Source: an uncultured Lachnospiraceae bacterium (GTDB lineage Bacteria; Bacillota; Clostridia; Lachnospirales; Lachnospiraceae). From it: a stretch of DNA of 37,479 nt. The stretch lies in the NCBI GenBank assembly GCA_964425065.1, contig CAYRLN010000001.1, forward strand, positions 1-37,479. The letters are read 5' to 3'. The notes beneath the pieces were generated by a model. That model made no database searches. It was not told the origin of the DNA and saw only the letters and a list, made by a program, of their open reading frames with translations. This document shows, one piece after another, positions 16,726 through 24,949 of the stretch (positions are counted from its first letter, which is position 1; each line of letters starts with the position of its first letter). A program made the position numbers and the translations under genes.

Positions 16726-18321
16726 ATGCTTTTTACTTCCTATGAATTTATGATTTTTGTACTGGTGACAGCAGTACTCTATTATGTGGTACCGAAAAAA
16801 ATGCAGTGGTGGGTACTGCTTGGGGCAGATTATGTGTTCTATGCCATTGCGGGCGTGGAATATCTGCCTTTCATTTTGGTAACCACAATTTCGGCATACC
16901 TGACAGGTATGAAACTTCGTAGCCTGAAATCTGCCCAAGAGCAGTATTTGGCTGTACATAAGGCGGAAATGAGCCGCGAGGAAAGAAAAGAATATAAGGC
17001 AAAAGAAAAGAAGAAGCAGTGGAGATGGCTGCTTCTTGCTTTGCTGTTTAACCTTGGTATTCTGGCGGTGCTGAAATACACCAATTTTGCCATTTCCAAT
17101 GTGAATTCCATAATGAAAGCATTTGGCGGTGACGGGGCGATTCAGTTCGTTGATTTGGTGTTGCCTTTGGGTATTTCCTTCTACACTTTCCAGACGTTAG
17201 GCTATGTGATTGATGTGTACAGAGGAAAATATGAGGCGGAGACAAATCCTTTCAAGTTTGCCCTGTTTGTATCTTTCTTCCCCCAGCTTGTGCAGGGACC
17301 CATCAGCCGCTTTGACGATTTGGCGTCCGGCCTGTTTGCGGAGCATAAATTTGATGCAAAGACGGTTTCCTATGGACTGCAGAGAATTCTGTGGGGCTAT
17401 TTTAAAAAGATGGTTATCGCGGACCGCATGCTGATTGCGGTAAACGAGATTATACAGAATCCGGATACTTATCAAGGTGCTTATGTGTTTGCGGGTATGC
17501 TGTTTTATGCCCTGGAACTTTATGCGGATTTCACGGGTGGTATTGACATCACAATCGGTATTGCCCAGGTGCTTGATATTGAGGTCGCCGAAAACTTCCG
17601 CAGACCTTATTTTTCCAAGAATATCAAAGAGTACTGGAAGAGATGGCATATTACCATGGGTACCTGGTTCACGGACTATATTTTCTACCCCATTTCCGTT
17701 TGTCAGCCTATGTTAAATCTTTCCAAATGGTCCAGAAAACATTTGGGAGAGGCGCTGGGCAAACGTGTGCCGGTGTATTTGTCCTCCTTTGTCGTATGGT
17801 TTACCACCGGTATCTGGCACGGCGCAAGTTGGAATTTTATTGCATGGGGACTTGGCAACTTTGTGGTAATTATGATTTCCCAGGAATGTGAGCCGCTGTA
17901 CGGCGAATTCCACGCCAAATTCCCGACAATAAAGGAGAAATGGGCATTCCGGGCCTTTCAGGTTGTGAGAACGGTTTTGCTTATGAGCACGCTCCGTATG
18001 TTTGACTGTTACAGAGACGTTCCTCTGACATTTAAGATGTTCGGCAGCATGTTTACGACATGGAACTGGGGCGAACTGTTTAGTGGAGGATTGCTTAATC
18101 TGGGACTTGATATAAAGGATTATGTGATTTTATTTATAGGCTTTTTGGTGCTTCTTACCGTCAGTCTGGTTCAGAGAAGCGGAAAAGTCAGGGACAAAAT
18201 TGCGGCAAAAGCCTTGCCTGTCCGTGTTGCAATCTGGTATGGTCTGTTCCTTGCAGTATTGCTTTTCGGAGCTTACGGTGTGGGATACGATGCAAGTCAG
18301 TTTATTTACAACCAGTTTTAA
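16726..18321 (+). CDS. MBOAT-family O-acyltransferase (AlgI/DltB-like) with C-terminal FIYNQF motif
   Basis: LPLGISFYTFQ, SFFPQLVQGPI, LYADFTGG, ENFRRPY...EYWKRWHIT and catalytic His in GIWHGASWNF. Confidence 0.93.
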   Translation: MLFTSYEFMIFVLVTAVLYYVVPKKMQWWVLLGADYVFYAIAGVEYLPFILVTTISAYLTGMKLRSLKSAQEQYLAVHKAEMSREERKEYKAKEKKKQWRWLLLALLFNLGILAVLKYTNFAISNVNSIMKAFGGDGAIQFVDLVLPLGISFYTFQTLGYVIDVYRGKYEAETNPFKFALFVSFFPQLVQGPISRFDDLASGLFAEHKFDAKTVSYGLQRILWGYFKKMVIADRMLIAVNEIIQNPDTYQGAYVFAGMLFYALELYADFTGGIDITIGIAQVLDIEVAENFRRPYFSKNIKEYWKRWHITMGTWFTDYIFYPISVCQPMLNLSKWSRKHLGEALGKRVPVYLSSFVVWFTTGIWHGASWNFIAWGLGNFVVIMISQECEPLYGEFHAKFPTIKEKWAFRAFQVVRTVLLMSTLRMFDCYRDVPLTFKMFGSMFTTWNWGELFSGGLLNLGLDIKDYVILFIGFLVLLTVSLVQRSGKVRDKIAAKALPVRVAIWYGLFLAVLLFGAYGVGYDASQFIYNQF

Positions 18322-18345
18322 TTTGGAGTTTTTAGGAAAGAAACT

Positions 18346-19398
18346 ATGGAAAAGAAGAAATGGAATAAAAAGAAAACAGTGGCGGTGGTTTTGGTCGTCC
18401 TGTTTATATGGGTGACACTCTGGCTGTTGCAGCGTCTGTTGGTTCCCAAGTATGCCAGTGAGGTTGTGGAAGGTAACCTGATTGCAGAGTACTATCAGGA
18501 AGAAAAGGATCACGACGTTTTGTTTATCGGTGACTGCGAAGTGTACGAGAACTTCGTTCCTGCGGTTTTGTGGGAAGAGTACGGAATTAACAGTTACATC
18601 CGCGGCAGTGCACAGCAGCTTATCTGGCAGTCCTATTATTTGCTTGAAGATGCGTTGCGTTATGAAAAACCGGATGTGGTTATTTTTAACGTTTTGGCAC
18701 TGCAGTATAACGAGCCTCAGAAAGAGGCTTACAACCGGATGACCATTGAGGGAATGGAATGGTCTATGTCCAAGGTGGGGGCGATTTCATCTTCCATGAT
18801 GGAGGATGAGAATTTCCTGGACTATGTGTTCCCTATTTTGCGTTATCATTCCCGTATTACAGAGTTGAAATGGGAAGATGTGCAGTATATGTTTTCCCGT
18901 CCCAAGGTATCCTACAACGGCTATTACATGCGCGTGGACAGTAAGCCTGTCACCACCCTTCCGGAGCCCAAAAAACTGGCAAACTACCAGTTCGGGGACA
19001 ATGCATATAAATATATGGATATGATTACCGGGCTTTGCGCGGAAAATGATATTGAACTTATTTTAGTTAAGGCTCCCAGCCTGTATCCCCATTGGTATGA
19101 CCAGTGGGAGGTCCAGATGGAGGAATATGCCGCAGAGCATAATCTCAAATACATTAACTTCCTGGAATTGCAGGAGGAATGTGGTCTGGACTTTAGCACG
19201 GATACTTATGATGCAGGTTTGCATTTAAATCTGTGGGGAGCGATTAAGATTACTGACTATTTGGGTCAATACCTCACGGAAGAGTGTGGTCTGGAAGACC
19301 GTAGGGGTGAGGAACATCTTTCTGCAATCTGGGAAGAAAAACTTGCAGAATATTATGGGGAAATAGAGAGACAAAAAGCCTTATATGGAGTAGAATAA
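18346..19398 (+). CDS. Membrane-anchored SGNH-like acyltransferase (DltD/AlgJ functional analogue)
   Basis: N-terminal TM anchor; block I DVLFIGDCE; C-terminal YDAGLHLN Asp/His motif; directly follows the MBOAT gene. Confidence 0.8.
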   Translation: MEKKKWNKKKTVAVVLVVLFIWVTLWLLQRLLVPKYASEVVEGNLIAEYYQEEKDHDVLFIGDCEVYENFVPAVLWEEYGINSYIRGSAQQLIWQSYYLLEDALRYEKPDVVIFNVLALQYNEPQKEAYNRMTIEGMEWSMSKVGAISSSMMEDENFLDYVFPILRYHSRITELKWEDVQYMFSRPKVSYNGYYMRVDSKPVTTLPEPKKLANYQFGDNAYKYMDMITGLCAENDIELILVKAPSLYPHWYDQWEVQMEEYAAEHNLKYINFLELQEECGLDFSTDTYDAGLHLNLWGAIKITDYLGQYLTEECGLEDRRGEEHLSAIWEEKLAEYYGEIERQKALYGVE

Positions 19399-19436
19399 AA
19401 ATGCCTGTCGGTGACAGGAAAGGAAGGAGATTTATT

Positions 19437-19988
19437 ATGAAAAAATGGAAACTTGTAATGATAAGCGCAGTGCTTGCTCTTAGTTTTGCGGCTTGCGGCG
19501 GCGAGACAGAGACAGGCGCAAATGGCGGCGAATCTGAAGTGGCAGACAGCAAAAATGAGGAATCTTCCAAAGAGGAGGCTGTAAAAGGATTTGTGTTCGT
19601 GTATCAGGGTGTGACGGTCAGCATTGATGCACAGGCAGCGCCTATTATGGATGCACTCGGTGATCCTGTAAGTTATTTTGAAGCAGCCAGCTGCGCATTT
19701 GAAGGTCTGGATAAAATGTATACCTATAACAGTGTGGAAATTGACACTTACCCGGATGAAAAAGGCGTAGACAGAATTTCCAACATTATTTTGAAGGACG
19801 ATATGGTTGAGACTCCCGAAGGTGTAAGTCTGTTTGAGACAAAAGCAGATATGATTGCTGCTTACGGTGAAAATTATAAAGAGGAAAATGGCCTCCTTGT
19901 ATATGAAAAAGACGGCATGAGACTGTGCTTCATTTTGGACGGCGACGAGATTATTTCCATTGAATATGTGTCTACTGTGTTAGACTAA
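19437..19988 (+). CDS. Hypothetical lipoprotein
   Basis: AAGGAG RBS before ATG 19437; signal peptide MKKWKLVMISAVLALSFAAC with lipobox Cys, then an acidic linker and a beta-rich domain. Confidence 0.8.
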   Translation: MKKWKLVMISAVLALSFAACGGETETGANGGESEVADSKNEESSKEEAVKGFVFVYQGVTVSIDAQAAPIMDALGDPVSYFEAASCAFEGLDKMYTYNSVEIDTYPDEKGVDRISNIILKDDMVETPEGVSLFETKADMIAAYGENYKEENGLLVYEKDGMRLCFILDGDEIISIEYVSTVLD

Positions 19989-20071
19989 CGGAAAGAAAAG
20001 CAAATGCTTGCAATCGTATTGGGAACGTCGGGTGTAACTTTTAAATGTAAAATGAAGAAACGAGGAATAAT

Positions 20072-21478
20072 ATGGGCGGATTTTTTGGAGTAGCATCAAA
20101 AGAGGATTGTGTTTTTGATTTGTTTTTTGGAACAGACTATCATTCCCATTTAGGAACAAGACGTGCGGGCATGGCGGTTTACAGCAAGGAAAAAGGCTAC
20201 GACCGCGCAATTCATAATATTGAAAATTCACCATTCAGAACAAAATTTGACAAAGATATTAACAGCATGCAGGGAAATCTGGGTATCGGATGTATTTCCG
20301 ATTATGAGCCCCAGCCCCTGATTGTCCGTTCCCATCACGGCAATTATGCAATTGCCACTGTTGGGAAAATTAACAACATGGATAAATTGGTGAAGATGCT
20401 GTTTGCAAAAGGACATTCCCACTTTTTGGAGATGAGCGGCGGTGATATCAACGCCACGGAACTGGTGGCTTCCCTGATTAATCAGAGAGAACATTTGGTG
20501 GAAGGTATCCGGTATGCCCAGGAGATGATAGAAGGCTCCATGACCATGCTGATTATGACGGACAAAGGCATTTTTGCGGCGAGAGATAAAATGGGAAGAA
20601 CTCCTGTTGCTATTGGCAAGAAGGACGGCGCATACTGCGCGGCTTTCGAAAGTTTTGCCTATTTGAATCTGGGGTATACCCCTGTTAGGGAGTTGGGCCC
20701 CGGTGAGATTGTAGTACTGACACCGGAAGGGGTTCAGACCCTGGCATCACCCGGTAAGGATATGAAAATTTGTACCTTCCTCTGGGTATATTACGGGTAT
20801 CCATCCTCTTCTTACGAAGGCATCAGCGTAGAGCAGATGCGATACAACTGTGGCGCGCTTTTGGCAGACAGGGATGATGTAAAGCCGGATATTGTGGCCG
20901 GCGTGCCTGATTCCGGTACACCTCATGCCATCGGCTATGCAAACCGTTCCGGAATTCCCTTTTCCAGACCCTTTATTAAGTACACGCCCACATGGCCCAG
21001 GTCGTTCATGCCCACCATTCAGACACAGAGAAACCTGATTGCCAAGATGAAATTGATTCCGGTCCATGATTTGATTCAGGATAAGAGCCTGCTTCTGATA
21101 GACGACTCCATCGTGCGGGGCACCCAGCTTGGTGAGACAACGGAATTTTTATATCAGAGCGGGGCAAAGGAAGTACATATCCGTCCGGCTTGTCCGCCGC
21201 TTATGTTCGGATGTAAATACTTAAACTTCTCACGTTCTTCATCGGAGATGGATTTGATTACAAGAAGAACACTGAAGGAAATTGAGCAGGAGGGCAAGTA
21301 TACGAGTTTAGAAGCCTATTGTGACCCTGATACGGAAGAATATAAGGATATGATTGACCGTATCTGTAAGAAACTCAATTTCACCACTTTGCGTTATCAC
21401 AGATTGGATGATATGATTGAATCCATTGGCATTGACCGTTCAAAACTTTGTACCTATTGTTGGGACGGCAAAGAATAG
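20072..21478 (+). CDS. purF: Amidophosphoribosyltransferase (variant lacking the N-terminal Cys nucleophile)
   Basis: PRPP-binding loop LLIDDSIVRGT, GVPDSG, RDKMGRTP, Fe-S-type cysteines (CTFLWVY, GCKY, CTYC); N-terminus MGGFFG. Confidence 0.9.
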   Translation: MGGFFGVASKEDCVFDLFFGTDYHSHLGTRRAGMAVYSKEKGYDRAIHNIENSPFRTKFDKDINSMQGNLGIGCISDYEPQPLIVRSHHGNYAIATVGKINNMDKLVKMLFAKGHSHFLEMSGGDINATELVASLINQREHLVEGIRYAQEMIEGSMTMLIMTDKGIFAARDKMGRTPVAIGKKDGAYCAAFESFAYLNLGYTPVRELGPGEIVVLTPEGVQTLASPGKDMKICTFLWVYYGYPSSSYEGISVEQMRYNCGALLADRDDVKPDIVAGVPDSGTPHAIGYANRSGIPFSRPFIKYTPTWPRSFMPTIQTQRNLIAKMKLIPVHDLIQDKSLLLIDDSIVRGTQLGETTEFLYQSGAKEVHIRPACPPLMFGCKYLNFSRSSSEMDLITRRTLKEIEQEGKYTSLEAYCDPDTEEYKDMIDRICKKLNFTTLRYHRLDDMIESIGIDRSKLCTYCWDGKE

Positions 21479-21490
21479 GAAAGGTGTTTT

Positions 21491-21787
21491 ATGACAGAAG
21501 AAAAGAAATCAAAATGGAATGCGAAACGTGTGGCCGCTTTGGTGGCAGTTGTGCTTTTAGTGGCGTTATATGTGGTAACGTTCTTTGTTGCCCTTTTCGC
21601 GCCTGTGGAATCCGGTAATGTTTTTGCGGTATGTCTCATGGGAACGATTGCAATTCCCCTGCTGGCCTGGATATACATTTGGCTGTATGGCAGGATGACC
21701 GGTAAGGAGACCATAGCAGACTTGAAAATTCTGCAAACGGGAATCGAGGCAGAGGAAACTGTAGAAGCGGAAAGTTCGAAAGAGTAG
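21491..21787 (+). CDS. Small hypothetical membrane protein (two TM helices)
   Basis: Two hydrophobic segments; AAAGGTG RBS; followed by a strong hairpin. Confidence 0.75.
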   Translation: MTEEKKSKWNAKRVAALVAVVLLVALYVVTFFVALFAPVESGNVFAVCLMGTIAIPLLAWIYIWLYGRMTGKETIADLKILQTGIEAEETVEAESSKE

Positions 21788-21806
21788 TAAGAAATGAATT
21801 ATTAGT

Positions 21807-21878
21807 AAGGCCACTGCGGTTGGTTGAAAATTAGGGAGCCCTGATTTTTAACCAGTCACAGTGGCTTTTGTTTTGTTT
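21807..21878 (+). terminator. Long-stem intrinsic terminator after the purF-membrane protein pair
   Basis: 29-bp hairpin AAGGCCACTGCGGTTGGTTGAAAATTAGG-GAGC-CCTGATTTTTAACCAGTCACAGTGGCTTT followed by TGTTTTGTTT. Confidence 0.8.
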
Positions 21879-22068
21879 ATCTAAAGTGAATGGGGTGCAC
21901 AGAAATTGGGAGTTGCGGAGACGAATCGGTCTTGAAAGAGGTTACATTTTAGCAACATTTGAGAAATGCATGACAAAAGATAGAGAGTTAGTTTTGTGAC
22001 AATGCAATAAAATATGAATATAAGATAGAGAATTTTTGTCTAAATTATAGATTTCGGAGGGAATAAAG

Positions 22069-23214
22069 ATGAGTCAGGAGTTGAAGAAGGAGTACCGTAA
22101 TCTGTTTGCGGAGATTGGAATTTCACAGGAAGTTATTGACAAACGTCTTAGGGAAATCAGGGACTTTTACTTCTATGGCGGCGAAGAGGAAAGAGTATAT
22201 TATCCGGTGGGTGACGATATGGCCTATATCATGGATACCGGTAATAATGATGCCAGAACAGAGGGAATGTCCTATGGTATGATGATTTGTGTCCAACTGA
22301 ATATGAAAGAGGAATTTGATCGTCTCTGGAAGTGGGCGAAAACATATATGTGGACGGCGGAAGGCTGGTATGAGGGCTATTTTGCATGGTCTTGTGCAAC
22401 CGATGGCAGAAAAAATGACAATGGACCCGCTCCCGACGGAGAGGAGTTCTTTGCACTTGCTCTTTTCTTTGCAGCTCACAGATGGGGAAACGGAGAGGGC
22501 ATTTTCAATTACGAAGAGGAAGCAAAGGCTATTTTAAGGGCTTGCTTACATAAAGGCCAAAACGGAAGAGAGGGTGTTCCCATGTGGAATCTGGAAAACG
22601 GACAGATTCTTTTTGTGCCGGGAATCGATTTTACAGACCCTTCTTACCATTTGCCTCATTTCTATGAGCTGTTTGCGCTCTGGGCGGATGAAGAGGACAG
22701 GGAATTTTGGAAGAGGGCGGCAAAAATCAGCAGAGAATACCTTGCGGTTGCCTGCCACCCGAAGACCGGATTTTCTGCGGAATATGCAGAGTTTGACGGC
22801 AGTCCCATGAGCAGACCCTTGCCTTGGACAAAAGACAGACACGACTGGTTCTACAGCGATTCTTACAGAACCGTTGCAAATATCGGTCTGGATTATGAAT
22901 GGTTTGGAATTGACGAGGGACAAAGAAAAGCAGCGGATAACATTCAAAGATTCCTGATTGAAGACTGCAGAAAAGAAACTTATTACATATACGAAGTGGA
23001 CGGCACCATTGCGGTGAAGGATATGGCCCTTCATCCCGTGGGACTTCCGGCTGGCGTGGCCCAGGCTTCCCTGGCAGCGGACAATGAATTTACCCGCGAG
23101 TGGGTAGAGAAGTTCTGGAATATGGAAATGCGCACCGGAACCAGAAGATACTACGACAACTGTTTATACTTTTTTGCATTTTTAGCTCTCAGCGGAAATT
23201 ACCGTATATGGTAG
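22069..23214 (+). CDS. Glycoside hydrolase family 8, probable reducing-end xylose-releasing exo-oligoxylanase (Rex-like)
   Basis: DARTEGMSYGMM (catalytic Glu), PAPDGEE, TDPSYHLPHFYELFA, SDSYR and RYYD motifs; no signal peptide; GGAGG RBS. Confidence 0.9.
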   Translation: MSQELKKEYRNLFAEIGISQEVIDKRLREIRDFYFYGGEEERVYYPVGDDMAYIMDTGNNDARTEGMSYGMMICVQLNMKEEFDRLWKWAKTYMWTAEGWYEGYFAWSCATDGRKNDNGPAPDGEEFFALALFFAAHRWGNGEGIFNYEEEAKAILRACLHKGQNGREGVPMWNLENGQILFVPGIDFTDPSYHLPHFYELFALWADEEDREFWKRAAKISREYLAVACHPKTGFSAEYAEFDGSPMSRPLPWTKDRHDWFYSDSYRTVANIGLDYEWFGIDEGQRKAADNIQRFLIEDCRKETYYIYEVDGTIAVKDMALHPVGLPAGVAQASLAADNEFTREWVEKFWNMEMRTGTRRYYDNCLYFFAFLALSGNYRIW

Positions 23215-23225
23215 GAGGAAAAGTT

Positions 23226-24941
23226 ATGCAAGGACCGAAAGCACCGAAGGATCCTTCCAAGAAGAGGAAAAGTTTTTTTATCATGAGAAATAAATCCGTG
23301 GCAGGTTCCCCCCAGCCAAACGGCAAGGGTGTCCAGTTTATATACCAAAACGACGGTCGCATGATCAGCAGTGCGAAAATCGTGGGTGGCATCTCGGACG
23401 TAACCATGCTGGAACTGCTGAAAACCACGGAGGGCTTTCGGAAACTGGTATATAGTATCGGTGTGACGGTGGAAGCAAAGGACAGGGAGAAAGAAGTGGA
23501 ATTTGCTTTCCAGATGTATGGAAAGGAAGATGCTTACGGCTCCGGAACCACCATTCAAAAAACGGTGAAGGCAAACGGCATGGAAAATATCATTGTGCTG
23601 GATGAGTGTCTTTGGTCCGAGGATGATAACATTCCGGGGCAGATACGTTTTGAGTTTGAAACAGCGGGCGAGATGGCGGATGTTTCCGTGCGGTTTTATC
23701 TGCAGGATGGATTTGATGCGCCGGAACCGGAGGAAGAGGGGGAAGTGGATTTTGATTCTCCTTACTACCGGGAAATGCTGGAAAAATCTTTGGTGCAGAC
23801 CGGCAACAATATGCGCCTGAAAAAAGCCATTGACAAGGCGCGTGCGGGAGAGGATGTGACCATTGCTTTTATTGGCGGTTCCATTACCCAGGGGGCAGGG
23901 GCGATTCCCATCAATACCCAGTGTTATGCATACAAAACCTTCCAGGGGCTTTGTGAACTGGCCGGAAAAGGAACGGAAGAAAATATCCACTATATTAAAG
24001 CCGGTGTGGGCGGAACACCCTCCGAACTTGGCATGCTCCGCTATGAGAGGGATGTGCTCAGATGCGGCAAAGTAAAACCGGATATTGTTATCGTGGAGTT
24101 TGCGGTAAATGATGCCGGGGACGAAACCGGCGGTGAGTGCTATGACTCCCTTGTGAGAAAGATTTTAAACGCGGACAACGCACCGGCAGTGATTTTGCTG
24201 TTTGCAGTGTTTGCGGATGACTATAATTTGCAGGAAAGGCTCTCCCCTGTGGGCAGAGCCTATAACCTCCCCATGGTCAGTACAAAGGACTGTGTGACAG
24301 AGCAGTTCTATAAAAAGCCGGGAGAGGGAAAAGTGGTAAGCAAGGGACAGTTTTTCTATGACTGTTTCCACCCCGCTAATGTGGGACACACCATTATGGC
24401 AGAGGGATTAATTCACCTGATGAAGACGGTGGATGCACAGCCTGCAGCCGGGGAAGATATCGATATCAGCAAGGTGGAAGCACCTATTGGCGGAGAGTTC
24501 CAAAATGTCCGCCTGTTGGCTGCAAAAGAAAACAATTGCAAAGCAGTGATTGATGCCGGTGATTTTAATGGAACGGACGAAGAACTTCAGTGTGTGGAGC
24601 AGGACTTGAACCTGCACGGAACACCGGAATTCCCCGACAACTGGATGTATAACGGAAGTGTGAAAAAAGGTACAGGAAAACCTTTTTGCATGGATATTGC
24701 CTGCAGTGCGCTGCTGATGATATACAAGGATTCCGGATCGTTGAATGCAGGATGCGCGGAAGTGTTTGTGGATGGAGAAAAGGTACTTTTTGCGAACCCG
24801 AGGCTGAACGGATGGACGCACTGCAATCCGGCCATTTGTTTCCGGGGAAGAGAAAAGAAAACTTATCACGTGGAAGTCAAAATGCAAGCCGGTGATGAGG
24901 AAAAAGATTTTACGATTTTGGGATTTGGTTACGTGGAATAA
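23226..24941 (+). CDS. SGNH/GDSL hydrolase, probable carbohydrate (acetyl xylan) esterase
   Basis: Blocks FIGGSITQG, AGVGGT, EFAVND and DCFHP. Start moved to ATG 23226 (AGGAGG RBS). Substrate inferred from context. Confidence 0.8.
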   Translation: MQGPKAPKDPSKKRKSFFIMRNKSVAGSPQPNGKGVQFIYQNDGRMISSAKIVGGISDVTMLELLKTTEGFRKLVYSIGVTVEAKDREKEVEFAFQMYGKEDAYGSGTTIQKTVKANGMENIIVLDECLWSEDDNIPGQIRFEFETAGEMADVSVRFYLQDGFDAPEPEEEGEVDFDSPYYREMLEKSLVQTGNNMRLKKAIDKARAGEDVTIAFIGGSITQGAGAIPINTQCYAYKTFQGLCELAGKGTEENIHYIKAGVGGTPSELGMLRYERDVLRCGKVKPDIVIVEFAVNDAGDETGGECYDSLVRKILNADNAPAVILLFAVFADDYNLQERLSPVGRAYNLPMVSTKDCVTEQFYKKPGEGKVVSKGQFFYDCFHPANVGHTIMAEGLIHLMKTVDAQPAAGEDIDISKVEAPIGGEFQNVRLLAAKENNCKAVIDAGDFNGTDEELQCVEQDLNLHGTPEFPDNWMYNGSVKKGTGKPFCMDIACSALLMIYKDSGSLNAGCAEVFVDGEKVLFANPRLNGWTHCNPAICFRGREKKTYHVEVKMQAGDEEKDFTILGFGYVE

Positions 24942-24949
24942 GCGAGGTT

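Noticed and set aside
14911..19398. Calling the cluster canonical dltA-dltC-dltB-dltD
   Set aside because: Pocket residues differ from DltA, the MBOAT is AlgI-like with a fused shuttle motif, the SGNH protein has GDCE, and an Asp/Glu racemase leads the operon. Gene symbols withheld.
19401..19436. Upstream start for the lipoprotein
   Set aside because: ATG 19437 has an AAGGAG RBS and gives a normal lipoprotein signal peptide.
19998..20013. AAGCAAATGCTTGCAA upstream of purF as a PurR/LacI-type operator
   Set aside because: Short imperfect palindrome matching no consensus well; no purine riboswitch fold seen in the 83-nt gap.
23100..23225. 42-aa N-terminal extension of the SGNH esterase resembling a signal peptide
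   Set aside because: It overlaps the GH8 3' end by 115 nt; ATG 23226 has a perfect AGGAGG RBS.
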